Below, piece by piece: positions 1-8,709 of a DNA stretch of 64,000 nt. The position numbers were made by a program, and so were the translations under genes. This DNA is from Candidatus Bathyarchaeia archaeon (GTDB lineage Archaea > Thermoproteota > Bathyarchaeia > Bathyarchaeales > Bathycorpusculaceae): assembly GCA_050010755.1 (NCBI GenBank), contig JBEKKK010000001.1, positions 960,001 through 1,024,000 on the forward strand, in the 5' to 3' direction. The number at the start of each line of letters is the position of its first letter. Position 1 is the stretch's first letter. The notes under the pieces were generated by a model. The model worked only from the letters and a program-made list of their open reading frames with translations. It did not search any database and was not told the DNA's origin.

Positions 1-352
1 TTTTCAAGTCAAATCCTACAGCATTTCTGCCCAAATCTTGTGCGGCTACGAGGGATGTTCCAATGCCAACAAAGGGGTCCAGAACCAGTTCTCCTTTGTG
101 GGTTAAAATCCTGATGAAGTGTGCGGGCAGGGCTATAGGAAACACGGCAGGGTGGACATCTTTGTCTCGAATGTCCCTGCTTTCGTAATAGAACTCTTTG
201 ATTTCATCCTCTGTTATTGGGAATTCTTGAATAATGACCTGGCTCTTGACCCATTCTTTCGCGGTAATACAGCTAATATGGCTCGGTGAACAATCGCATG
301 TTTTTACATAGTTTATGTCTAATTTCTTCTCTGAATCCGTCGCTTGAACCAT
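1..352 (-). CDS. N4/N6 DNA methyltransferase, N-terminal part (runs off window start)
   Basis: Not in the ORF track. Manual translation from ATG at 352: MVQATDSEKK...DVHPAVFPIALP...GELVLDPFVGIGTSLVAAQDLGRNAVGFDLK, with HPAxFP and the DPFxGxG SAM-binding motif. Confidence 0.85.
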   Translation of the reverse strand, partial: MVQATDSEKKLDINYVKTCDCSPSHISCITAKEWVKSQVIIQEFPITEDEIKEFYYESRDIRDKDVHPAVFPIALPAHFIRILTHKGELVLDPFVGIGTSLVAAQDLGRNAVGFDLK

Positions 353-464
353 TTCTCTCGATTAATAGTAATAGGCACTAGTATAAAATCCGTTGGTAGC
401 GCGCGCGCATGACTCGATAGGGCTTTTTAAGAACCATACAAGAGATAGTTTGCAATGTGAAAAA

Positions 465-821
465 ATGGTTACAAACACAACACCCAAAATTGTCTACCTT
501 GATCAGAAATGTTGGATTGATTTTGCGAGATTTTATTATGGTCAACCGTCTGGAGACGGAAAAGAACTTGTATCGAAAATCCTCGAGTACTCTGAGATAT
601 CCCTGCTATTGTTTCCTCTTTCTATTTCCCATTTGGAAGAAACGCTACGCATTACAAGTAGCAGACGCAAGAGCCAACTCGCTTCTTTGATGGCAAAACT
701 ATCAAAGGGCTACTCATTACAGCCACACATTGATGCAGTGGTTGAAGCTGAGATTGAGAACATCGTCTTGAGGAAAGCAGGGGTTCTTCGAGTGAACATA
801 AAAAATTTGCGCGCGCTATGA
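465..821 (+). pseudogene. PIN-like protein, N-terminal fragment apparently truncated at a GCGCGCGC motif
   Basis: KIVYLDQKCWID...FPLSISHLEET resembles a PIN-fold start. The ORF ends NLRAL* through the octamer at 809-816, and another octamer lies at 399-408. Confidence 0.5.
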
Positions 822-845
822 ATAAGCTGAAGCCGAGTGCTGGAG

Positions 846-1709
846 CTATTTGCTTAGAAGAATTTTAAGTCGTTCAACCAATGATTCTCTGCTTTGAGGC
901 TGTTCCCTCCAGACCTTTCCGTAATCTCTATATTCCTCACCAGATATCTTTTCTTTTCTCTGCAATTCGTTAAGCAGCTCTGCGAATTCTCGCGAGTGTA
1001 TTTGTTCATTTTGTGTTTCACTATCTGGTTGGGTCCTTCTGATCGTCTCGTTTGAGTGATCGTTCTTTAGAGGTGGAGGGTAATTATCGTACAAGAATCT
1101 AGAGAAATATGGGAGTTCCCAAGGGTGGGTTTCCGGTAAGCTCTCCTTGACTCCGAGGAGTTCGGACATTAGGAACTCATACGTCTCGCCCAAACTCACG
1201 TATTGCGCTGGAAAGCTAGGTTTGTCCACAATCTCGGTGAGGAAATGCTGCAGATGGTCAGTGCTGAAAATTGGCAATACATCCCCATGTTCATAGTTGA
1301 AACAAAAGATAATCTTCTTCGCGATATGTTTGTCGCGCCCCAAACCCCTTATCTGTTCCCATTGCGCATCCACTTTTTGAGCTAGAGATTTCTTACGGTC
1401 AACTGTGACAGCAAGCAGTTCCTTGAAATCTTCGAATTGATTTCTGATTTGCCCGAAGATATTTGGGTAAGATCTCAAATGCCCAATTGGCTTCAGATAA
1501 TATACTAACCAACGGAAGAATTCTCCAATCTCCTTTGATTGCGGAATGAAGATATCATTTGGGTTAAGAGTCTCTATTGATTCAGGGTTCTCGGCAAAGG
1601 GATATCTCGCTCTAAAATCCTTCAATAATTTCATCGCACTGTCTATTTCGACCTTGATTACTCCGTTCTTGTCAAAAGCCCTCACTTTCTCTAACAGAGA
1701 CTCTTTCAT
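846..1709 (-). CDS. Hypothetical protein, possibly a restriction-associated (McrB N-terminal-like) domain
   Basis: 287-aa ORF. The KKIIFCFNY...VLPIFS segment is reminiscent of such domains; no GTPase motif. Lies near a methyltransferase. Confidence 0.4.
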   Translation of the reverse strand: MKESLLEKVRAFDKNGVIKVEIDSAMKLLKDFRARYPFAENPESIETLNPNDIFIPQSKEIGEFFRWLVYYLKPIGHLRSYPNIFGQIRNQFEDFKELLAVTVDRKKSLAQKVDAQWEQIRGLGRDKHIAKKIIFCFNYEHGDVLPIFSTDHLQHFLTEIVDKPSFPAQYVSLGETYEFLMSELLGVKESLPETHPWELPYFSRFLYDNYPPPLKNDHSNETIRRTQPDSETQNEQIHSREFAELLNELQRKEKISGEEYRDYGKVWREQPQSRESLVERLKILLSK

Positions 1710-1939
1710 TTGGCAATCACTCTCGATACCGGTTCCATTGAGGTTTTAACAGCGTGTGTCAAGCAGAATTATAGGGTCGAGCAGATATTTGCATAGCGGT
1801 TGTTCACAGTCCCAAATGATCTTATGTTATATGGAACAAAAGGGAAAAAGAGGAAATGCGGAGACTTCGCCACGCACAACTCCCGGAACCCACACCTCTG
1901 CTCTTCATTCTCAAAGACATAGCAAGAAAACGAAGCTTC

Positions 1940-4423
1940 TCAGCGCGCGCTGTGCGGGTTTGGGTTTTGTTTGTAGAGTATTGTTTTTGCGATTTCTCGC
2001 CAGATGATGGCTATTATGGCGAAGCCTAGTATTATGGCGAATTGTTCTGCTGCGACGGGGGCTAGTTTGAGTTGGCTTGTGACTGGTGGAACCGTTTGGG
2101 CGATGATTAGAAACGCAAAGGCGAGAACTGCCCACAGATCCATTATCCTGTTCGATAATGGGCCTATTGCGTATAGTGGTTCTTTTTCGGATCGCATGAC
2201 AAAGGCCAGGATGATGTGGCCCATTATCCACGCTGAGAAAGCGTATGCTTGCACGGTTACGGCAGGTAGCCTCTGTGACCACGCGTAGAAGTATGCGAGC
2301 ATCACGGCTACGAATAGGCTCGTGGCGGATATGGCCATGTCCGTTACCATTTTCGAGTCAGGAAACTTTGCTTTTGGATCTCGGGGTTTTCTGTCGTAGA
2401 TTGTTTTTTCGGCCGGTTCGGTGACGAATCCTGCGGAAGCGGCGATGTCCATGAACAGTTCAAGCACGATAATCTGTATCGGAGCAAACGGCAAGGGCAT
2501 GGCCGGATAGAAATACTCGATGCCCAGCGCAAAAACGAACAGTGAGATAAGTGCAGCTTTGATTGCCAAATAGTACTTTAGACCCTTCCTAAGGTTGTCG
2601 AAGAAAGTGCGGCCTTCGAACACGGCGCGACCGATGGTCACAAAGTTGTCATCGGTCAAAACGACGTCTGCAGCTTCTTTGGCCGCATCTGTGCCCTTAG
2701 TGCCCATGGCGATTCCAACGTCGGCTCCCTTCAAAGCCAGGGTGTCGTTGACCCCGTCGCCCGTGACCGCGACCACTTCACCATTCGCATGCAGCGCCTT
2801 GACGAGCGCGTATTTGTCCTCAGGCGTCGTTCTTGCAAACACGGAGACCTCTTTGACGATGTCCTGAACTTCCTTGTCGGAAATGCCTCGAAGCTGCTCA
2901 CCCGTGAACACCTTTCCCGATGGGATTCCGACGCTTTTCGCGATGTAAGCCGCGGTCTGCGGGTGATCACCCGTGACCATGATGGTTCTGATTCCAGCAT
3001 TGCGAATAGACTGAATCGTTTCTTTGACGCCAGCGCGTGGAGGATCCTCGATTGAGACTAGGCCGATGAAATCCCAGTTTCCCTCTAATTCTGAAAGCGG
3101 CAATTCTGCTTCATCAGCAGAGACTTCTTTTTCTGCGACGCCGATTACCCTTCTTCCCTTTTCAGCTTCACTCTCGAGTTCATCTCTGAAAACATCACCC
3201 TGACCGTCCGCGCCCAAAATTTCCTCAGGTGCCCCCGCAGCTGAGAGCATGAAGACCCCGTTCTTCTCGCGCAGCACGGCTTTGGTCCGCTTGCCTATCT
3301 GGAAGCCCCGTTCGTGAACGACTCTGCCGAAGTCCGTTTGCACCTTTAGCGACTTGGCTTTTTCCAGAATTGCCTTATCAGTCGGGAACAGTGACCCCTC
3401 TGTCAATGCTGCCGTGGCTGCGCTCAGCGTCTTGGCCTCTTCTTGGCGCGGGTAGACTTGAACGACCTGCATCTTATTCTCAGTGATTGTGCCCGTCTTG
3501 TCTGTGAGGATGATGGTTGCATCGCCTAGGGTTTCTGCCGCCTTGAGCTTCTTGACTAGGAAGCCTTCTCGAGAGAGCCTGTATGATCCTAAGCCCAGTA
3601 TCATGGTGATTATGATTGGCAGTTCTTCGGGGATAGCAGCAAATGCCAGTGCCAACCCAGTCAATATCAGCGTTTTGTCCTCAAACAGATCTCGGTATCC
3701 GTAGCGCAAGATGCCCAAAGCAGGGATAACTATGCTGAAGAACATGGCAACGTACGCGAGCGTTATAGAAAGTTTTTTCATGGATAACTGCAAGGGCGTT
3801 TTCGGAGGCTTGATAGCCTGAGCCATGGCGGATATCTTTCCGAACCTGCTGTTCTTGCCCGTTGCATATGCTTCTCCTTGTCCTTCCCCTGAAAGCACGA
3901 GGGTTCCAGCGTAAACATCGTCTCCGACCTTCTTCTCCTGCGGAAGAGACTCGCCCGTTAAAACTGACTCGTCCACTTGAATGTCATATGACACATCGAG
4001 CTTACAGTCCGCTGCAACCCTTGTTCCCTCGACAAAGACCAGCAGGTCTCCGGGAACCACTTTTTCAGTTTCAACCTCGACTATTCTCCCATCCCGCACA
4101 ACCCTTGTCTTGGGAGCCGCAAGCACAGAAAGCGCCGATATAGACTTCTTAGCCCTGAATTCATTCCAGATCTCAACGAAAACCAAGACGAAGATAACGC
4201 TGAAAATCGTAACAGCGTCCTCCACGTTTGGCCACTCGAAAATAGTATAGAGAACGCCTACAACAAGCAAAAGCAGAATCATGGGCTCGACAACTTCTTC
4301 CTTGGCGATGCCCAAGAAACTCACCGTGTAAGGCTTGGCAATCTGATTCGGCCCGACTTCCCGAAGCCTCTCCTCCGCCTTAGCAGTCGAAAGGCCTTCA
4401 GACTTTACGCCAGAACCCTGCAT
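1940..4423 (-). CDS. Cation-transporting P-type ATPase (type II, Ca2+-like)
   Basis: TGES, PEEL, DKTGT phosphorylation motif, MVTGD, TGDGVND; 827 aa. Confidence 0.95.
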   Translation of the reverse strand: MQGSGVKSEGLSTAKAEERLREVGPNQIAKPYTVSFLGIAKEEVVEPMILLLLVVGVLYTIFEWPNVEDAVTIFSVIFVLVFVEIWNEFRAKKSISALSVLAAPKTRVVRDGRIVEVETEKVVPGDLLVFVEGTRVAADCKLDVSYDIQVDESVLTGESLPQEKKVGDDVYAGTLVLSGEGQGEAYATGKNSRFGKISAMAQAIKPPKTPLQLSMKKLSITLAYVAMFFSIVIPALGILRYGYRDLFEDKTLILTGLALAFAAIPEELPIIITMILGLGSYRLSREGFLVKKLKAAETLGDATIILTDKTGTITENKMQVVQVYPRQEEAKTLSAATAALTEGSLFPTDKAILEKAKSLKVQTDFGRVVHERGFQIGKRTKAVLREKNGVFMLSAAGAPEEILGADGQGDVFRDELESEAEKGRRVIGVAEKEVSADEAELPLSELEGNWDFIGLVSIEDPPRAGVKETIQSIRNAGIRTIMVTGDHPQTAAYIAKSVGIPSGKVFTGEQLRGISDKEVQDIVKEVSVFARTTPEDKYALVKALHANGEVVAVTGDGVNDTLALKGADVGIAMGTKGTDAAKEAADVVLTDDNFVTIGRAVFEGRTFFDNLRKGLKYYLAIKAALISLFVFALGIEYFYPAMPLPFAPIQIIVLELFMDIAASAGFVTEPAEKTIYDRKPRDPKAKFPDSKMVTDMAISATSLFVAVMLAYFYAWSQRLPAVTVQAYAFSAWIMGHIILAFVMRSEKEPLYAIGPLSNRIMDLWAVLAFAFLIIAQTVPPVTSQLKLAPVAAEQFAIILGFAIIAIIWREIAKTILYKQNPNPHSAR

Positions 4424-4596
4424 AACAACGCAGAACTAATTACGACTTTTAAAAGTTTGTCCAAAAGGATACTGTTAACTTAAGTTACCCGCTTTCTTCG
4501 TGATATGGTTCTTCGATTTTTCCTTCTATCAACTCTTTAATGTTCGTTCCAAAATTCACGAAAGCCTTAAACGCACAAATTCAAAGAGAGGAGGAC

Positions 4597-4827
4597 ATGA
4601 GTCAGACGAAAGGGCTAAACACTTTTGAGAAGTTTCTCTTGGTCGTAGTGATTGTTGGCTATGCTTCCATATTCATTCCTACGCCATTCGTTTTTGGGAA
4701 TTGGACAATCTTGGAATTGATCTGTGTCGTCATTCTTGCAGTTGCTGCACCATACGAATACTATAAGTTTTTTAAGAGACGAATAGAACAGCGACGGCAA
4801 GCGAAAGAGGCTAAGAATCTGATCTGA
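4597..4827 (+). CDS. Small two-TM membrane protein
   Basis: GAGGAGG Shine-Dalgarno before ATG 4597; two hydrophobic helices and a basic tail. Confidence 0.65.
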   Translation: MSQTKGLNTFEKFLLVVVIVGYASIFIPTPFVFGNWTILELICVVILAVAAPYEYYKFFKRRIEQRRQAKEAKNLI

Positions 4828-5076
4828 CGACAGTTAACAGCTAGACGCCATAAGACGAGAAGTTACCAGAAGCGTCCAAAAGGTTCTGTCAAGTCTGCGG
4901 TTGATTCATCCTCCCTTCAAAAATCGGTTGATGATCTGTTGGCAGAACTCCTCCTCTGTTGACAATCGGATGAAAGCTCGTATTTTCGCGTTATTCAAAT
5001 CGAAATTCTTAAGTTGATACAGATTAGATATGCTAGACTGTTAACCTTAGTTCGATACTCTGGGTCGGTGATACGT

Positions 5077-5256
5077 ATGACAAATTGTCCAAAATGTGGA
5101 ACTGAGATGGAAGCTAAAGGGGAGCTGGCCAACGACTCTAGGCAACCAGACTTCGTAACAACCTTTTATCAATGCCCAAATTGCAAGAATATTGAAATGC
5201 AAAAAGTTGTCGTCGAGCGTAGACGCACTTTAGGTGGCAGAACATTTCATAAATAA
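5077..5256 (+). CDS. Small zinc-ribbon (CPxCG) protein
   Basis: CPKCG...CPNC; the stop TAA is immediately followed by GCGCGCGC. Confidence 0.7.
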   Translation: MTNCPKCGTEMEAKGELANDSRQPDFVTTFYQCPNCKNIEMQKVVVERRRTLGGRTFHK

Positions 5257-5299
5257 GCGCGCGCTAATTTTGGGAATAGAAAAAATAGTCGTTGTTGGC

Positions 5300-5608
5300 T
5301 TATTTCAGTAGTTTCATGCTTTCTTCGAGACTCATTGCCAATTTGATTTCGCTCGTGTTCCAAGCCATCCATTTTACCATTTCTGGTTCCATTGAGAATT
5401 CTTGCAGTGCATCTGAGCTTGGAGCTTCATACACCCATATCAACAGATGCTCCGGAACCACGGTCCATGCTCCAACCCTCTTGACTCCATGTTTCTTCTC
5501 CAATCCGCCCAATTTTGCTGGCAATGCTAAAGTCATGGCCTTCATTTTCTCATTGTTAAGCGGACAATTTTCAACGGAATGTCTAGAAATTATCAGAAAT
5601 ATTGGCAT
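5300..5608 (-). CDS. Small ferredoxin-like fold protein (GYD/DUF3303-like)
   Basis: MPIFLIISRHSVENCP...EHLLIWVYEAPS pattern; likely start ATG 5608. Confidence 0.6.
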   Translation of the reverse strand: MPIFLIISRHSVENCPLNNEKMKAMTLALPAKLGGLEKKHGVKRVGAWTVVPEHLLIWVYEAPSSDALQEFSMEPEMVKWMAWNTSEIKLAMSLEESMKLLK

Positions 5609-5932
5609 ACCAACACTCCTCAAAGTGAGAATTAAGGAAAGTCGGATATAAGCTATTTGCACGTAGGTTCTGTTAACTTCTCATGGAGCTTAAACCCTTG
5701 TTAACTACCGTGGGATAAATCCAGTTTTTTTGTATATTTGATTCAAAAATCGGAGATAAACTTAAAAGTTACACTCGTGTGCATAATCGGAATTGAATGA
5801 GGGAAATGGTGGTAAGTTTCTTTCCCTTCTCTCCTTTCTCCCCTAGTGGAGAAAGCCACCATCTTCCCTCATCTCCTTTTAAAGGAGCTTTTTGGTGGTC
5901 TCCGATTTTTCTTTTAGTGCGCGCCTTCTTGT

Positions 5933-6634
5933 TCACTTGACTCGTTTGTTTCCTATTGGACACACTTTTAGGCATATGCTGCATGTTGGTTGAGTACTTG
6001 TGTATTGGCTGCAGGCAAACTTGTTTATTTCGTAATCGGATTCGTGTCCCGGCTTCTTCAGAGCCTTCGCTGGGCACGAGGACACGCATGGATTTGGGCA
6101 GTTTTTGCAGAAATTCTTGTTTAAGGGCGAATCAGGCTGCATTTTCGCGTCGGTTACTACAGCAACTAATCGCACTCTAGGCCCGTACTGTTGCGTTATG
6201 AGCAGGCTGTTGTAACCTAAAACTCCAAGACCGGCCTGAACAGCCATGTGCTTGAGCGACAATAAACCTGAGAGATAACGTTGGTCTGTTCCTCCGGTTG
6301 AAGCCATTTGATGGTATGCTTTGAACCCTTTCTTCTCAAGAAACCTCGCAACGGAATATCCTACCCTGTCGAGTTCCTGCGAGACGAAAGTATTGTGTCC
6401 TCTGAACATGTCCTGTCGTGGGGATGCTGCAAAATAGTCTTCTTCACTGGGTATGATGTCCGTCTGAGCATCGAGCATCTTCATCCCAAGAACAATGACA
6501 GATTTCGCACTTGGAAGAACATCTCTGGGACGATGCCCCGATGGAGCATCATCAAACGCATTAGCTGAAGCAACTCCAAAAATATCGGCCCCCAAGCGCA
6601 GTGCCATTTTCTCTATCTCTTCCCTCAAATCCAT
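5933..6634 (-). CDS. Epoxyqueuosine reductase (QueG)-like 4Fe-4S protein
   Basis: LSLKHMAVQAGLG, YGPRVRL, CxxCxxxCxxxCP and CxxCxxxCP clusters. Confidence 0.85.
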   Translation of the reverse strand: MDLREEIEKMALRLGADIFGVASANAFDDAPSGHRPRDVLPSAKSVIVLGMKMLDAQTDIIPSEEDYFAASPRQDMFRGHNTFVSQELDRVGYSVARFLEKKGFKAYHQMASTGGTDQRYLSGLLSLKHMAVQAGLGVLGYNSLLITQQYGPRVRLVAVVTDAKMQPDSPLNKNFCKNCPNPCVSSCPAKALKKPGHESDYEINKFACSQYTSTQPTCSICLKVCPIGNKRVK

Positions 6635-7219
6635 TTAACTTCCCCTCAAGCACTAGGGGCCTCCGAAAAAGATAAACTGTTCCCCTTCCCGACACCTAGG
6701 CTATTATTAGCGCGCGCTCAACTGGAGAATATGGCTAGATTTGGAACAGAATAGGGTACAATTCTGAAAAACCCCTTAATAATTAAAAATCACTGAATCA
6801 ATTCGGAGTTGAGAACAAGTCTGCAACACCATTTCCTCAAGTGGACTCGCAACGGTCCAGAGAAAGTTGAAAGTTAATTTTTCCCTCCTTTCTCCCTTCA
6901 GCCTCTGGACCCTTGCGAGAACTGTAGAGGAAAAGGTTAGGCAGACAACCGTGAGTTGGCGACGATGGAAATGATGAGATGTCAACCTTGGCATTGGCGG
7001 AGAGGAGAAGAAAGCGAGCAAGAAAAGAAGGTGAATAAAGTGTTGGAAATACCTCATTATACCTACATATTTTCTGAAGAATGCAAGAAAGGTGAATATA
7101 AACTCAAAATAGAGAGGACGGTTATAAAGAGCGAGAATAGGAAAAAGCACATTCTATGGTAGTTCAAGTGGAAGCACGCGCGCTTGTCGCCGTTTGTGGT
7201 GCGTGCTTCGCGCGGCCAT

Positions 7220-7591
7220 CTAGCGTCCTGGCGGTGTTGAAATTGACGCTTGGGACCTGTCTATGTTCTCTCTGATGATGCCGTATGCCTTTTCTGCGTC
7301 TGCGTTGGGCAAATCGTTTAGCGTCAGAGGTTCTCCCCCGAACCTCAACGTTAGCTTGAGTGTGGACCGCACTATTCCCTTGTCTAACACCACGTTTGCG
7401 ACATCCCTGTAATTATAATCGGTGTAATCCTTCTTCAACCCAAGCGCATGCGGGTGCCGCAGAATCACCCTCTCATTCGTAATGACCACAGAGTCGATGT
7501 TGATCTTAGGGTGATAGATCTTCTGTTGAATATACACTTCCACCTTTTCATCCGGCCCAAGCAGGCCCTTCAAATCACCAGGAGCAGACAT
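7220..7591 (-). CDS. Bacterial-type PH-domain protein
   Basis: LLGPDEKV...VVITNERVIL pattern typical of bPH domains. Confidence 0.7.
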   Translation of the reverse strand: MSAPGDLKGLLGPDEKVEVYIQQKIYHPKINIDSVVITNERVILRHPHALGLKKDYTDYNYRDVANVVLDKGIVRSTLKLTLRFGGEPLTLNDLPNADAEKAYGIIRENIDRSQASISTPPGR

Positions 7592-7955
7592 AATCAGTCA
7601 ACCAATCATACGAGAACCCACCAGTCATATTTGCCTTTTGCCCCACCCCGACCCCGTCCTTGGATTGCTTTGGAAAGCGGAAACGAGAATCTTCAAAGAT
7701 ACTCTATTATGCAAGACATTAAGGAAAGTTCAATCTTGAGGATTTCAGCTAAAGGTAAGAAGCCTTTTCCGAAAGTGGTTTTTCGTGATGGCCTTCAAGA
7801 TAAGCAGATTAAGAATTTCCTTGAAACTCGAAAACTAATATTGACTTTTCCTAGAGACCCACGCATAACTGTTTCGCGCGCGCTAAGAATCGGTAATATG
7901 CACCAACCTTAAAAGACGCGAAAACAATGAAGACATAGGAATAGATTTGGCACAA

Positions 7956-8027
7956 ATGGGAAGACATAGGAAAGCTAAACCTCCAAATAAGCGACTGAAG
8001 AAAATCTTGAAAAAGACAGGTCGCTAG
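7956..8027 (+). CDS. Putative 23-aa basic peptide MGRHRKAKPPNKRLKKILKKTGR
   Basis: Manual translation. The TAG overlaps the octamer at 8027; the ORF lies between octamers 7876 and 8027. Confidence 0.35.
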   Translation: MGRHRKAKPPNKRLKKILKKTGR

Positions 8028-8038
8028 CGCGCGCCATA

Positions 8039-8413
8039 TTAGATGACTCTAAGGATTGCCACGATATTGTTGGTAACGACAAAGGCATACATTGCTATCA
8101 TTACAATGATTGTTGCAAAGCCCATCTTGAATGTTGTCTCATGGTTGTACTTCTTTAGCCTTTTCAAGATGAAGTAGAATACATACACCAGTGCTGGAAC
8201 TATGGTCACTTTCAGTAGTAGCATTGGAAGCATTGCATTTGCTACTAATGGATTCAGCTCTATGCCTATTCCTGTTCTTACTGCGAAGACTGTGGTCAGT
8301 GCATCTGCATAGTTGAGCGATATGACTGTGACTAGTCCTATTATTGATAGTCTAAGGTCTTGCTTCAAATAGCACACCTTCAGCGCGCGCCGAAGTCGTC
8401 GAGAGGCAGACAA
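8039..8413 (-). CDS. DUF5658-like membrane protein (true start probably downstream of the octamer at 8383)
   Basis: LNYADALTT...GIELNPL...LLKV...VVTNN motifs. Confidence 0.7.
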   Translation of the reverse strand: MSASRRLRRALKVCYLKQDLRLSIIGLVTVISLNYADALTTVFAVRTGIGIELNPLVANAMLPMLLLKVTIVPALVYVFYFILKRLKKYNHETTFKMGFATIIVMIAMYAFVVTNNIVAILRVI

Positions 8414-8709
8414 AGCACCTTCTATGGCCTTTCTCTATCAGAACAGGTCGTTATGGAGAACTAAAGCAGTTATTTCAGAATCTGCAATATGAAAAAACTG
8501 ATAACATACTCCTGCCCAATTGCAAAACTGCGACCTCTACCCGCATCTTGAACGAGTTTTCAGTTTGGCTAGAGCGCGAGCGCGCGCGCACGCGCGCGCC
8601 CGACTGTTCGTCCCTACCGCATGCATGCACACACGCGTATGGGCAAGAAAACACTCTGGGCGGCGCGCGTTAAGAAGTATTGGAACTTAACTGATTTCGG
8701 AACTAGGCG

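Noticed and set aside
5820-6900. Shared CTCCTTTCTCCC at 5831 and 6885
   Set aside because: Low-complexity pyrimidine tracts; a chance match or terminator-like sequence is sufficient explanation.
7448-7912. 154-aa + strand ORF
   Set aside because: The first third is antisense to the PH-domain gene; the rest may be a fragment running through the motif, with no recognisable family.
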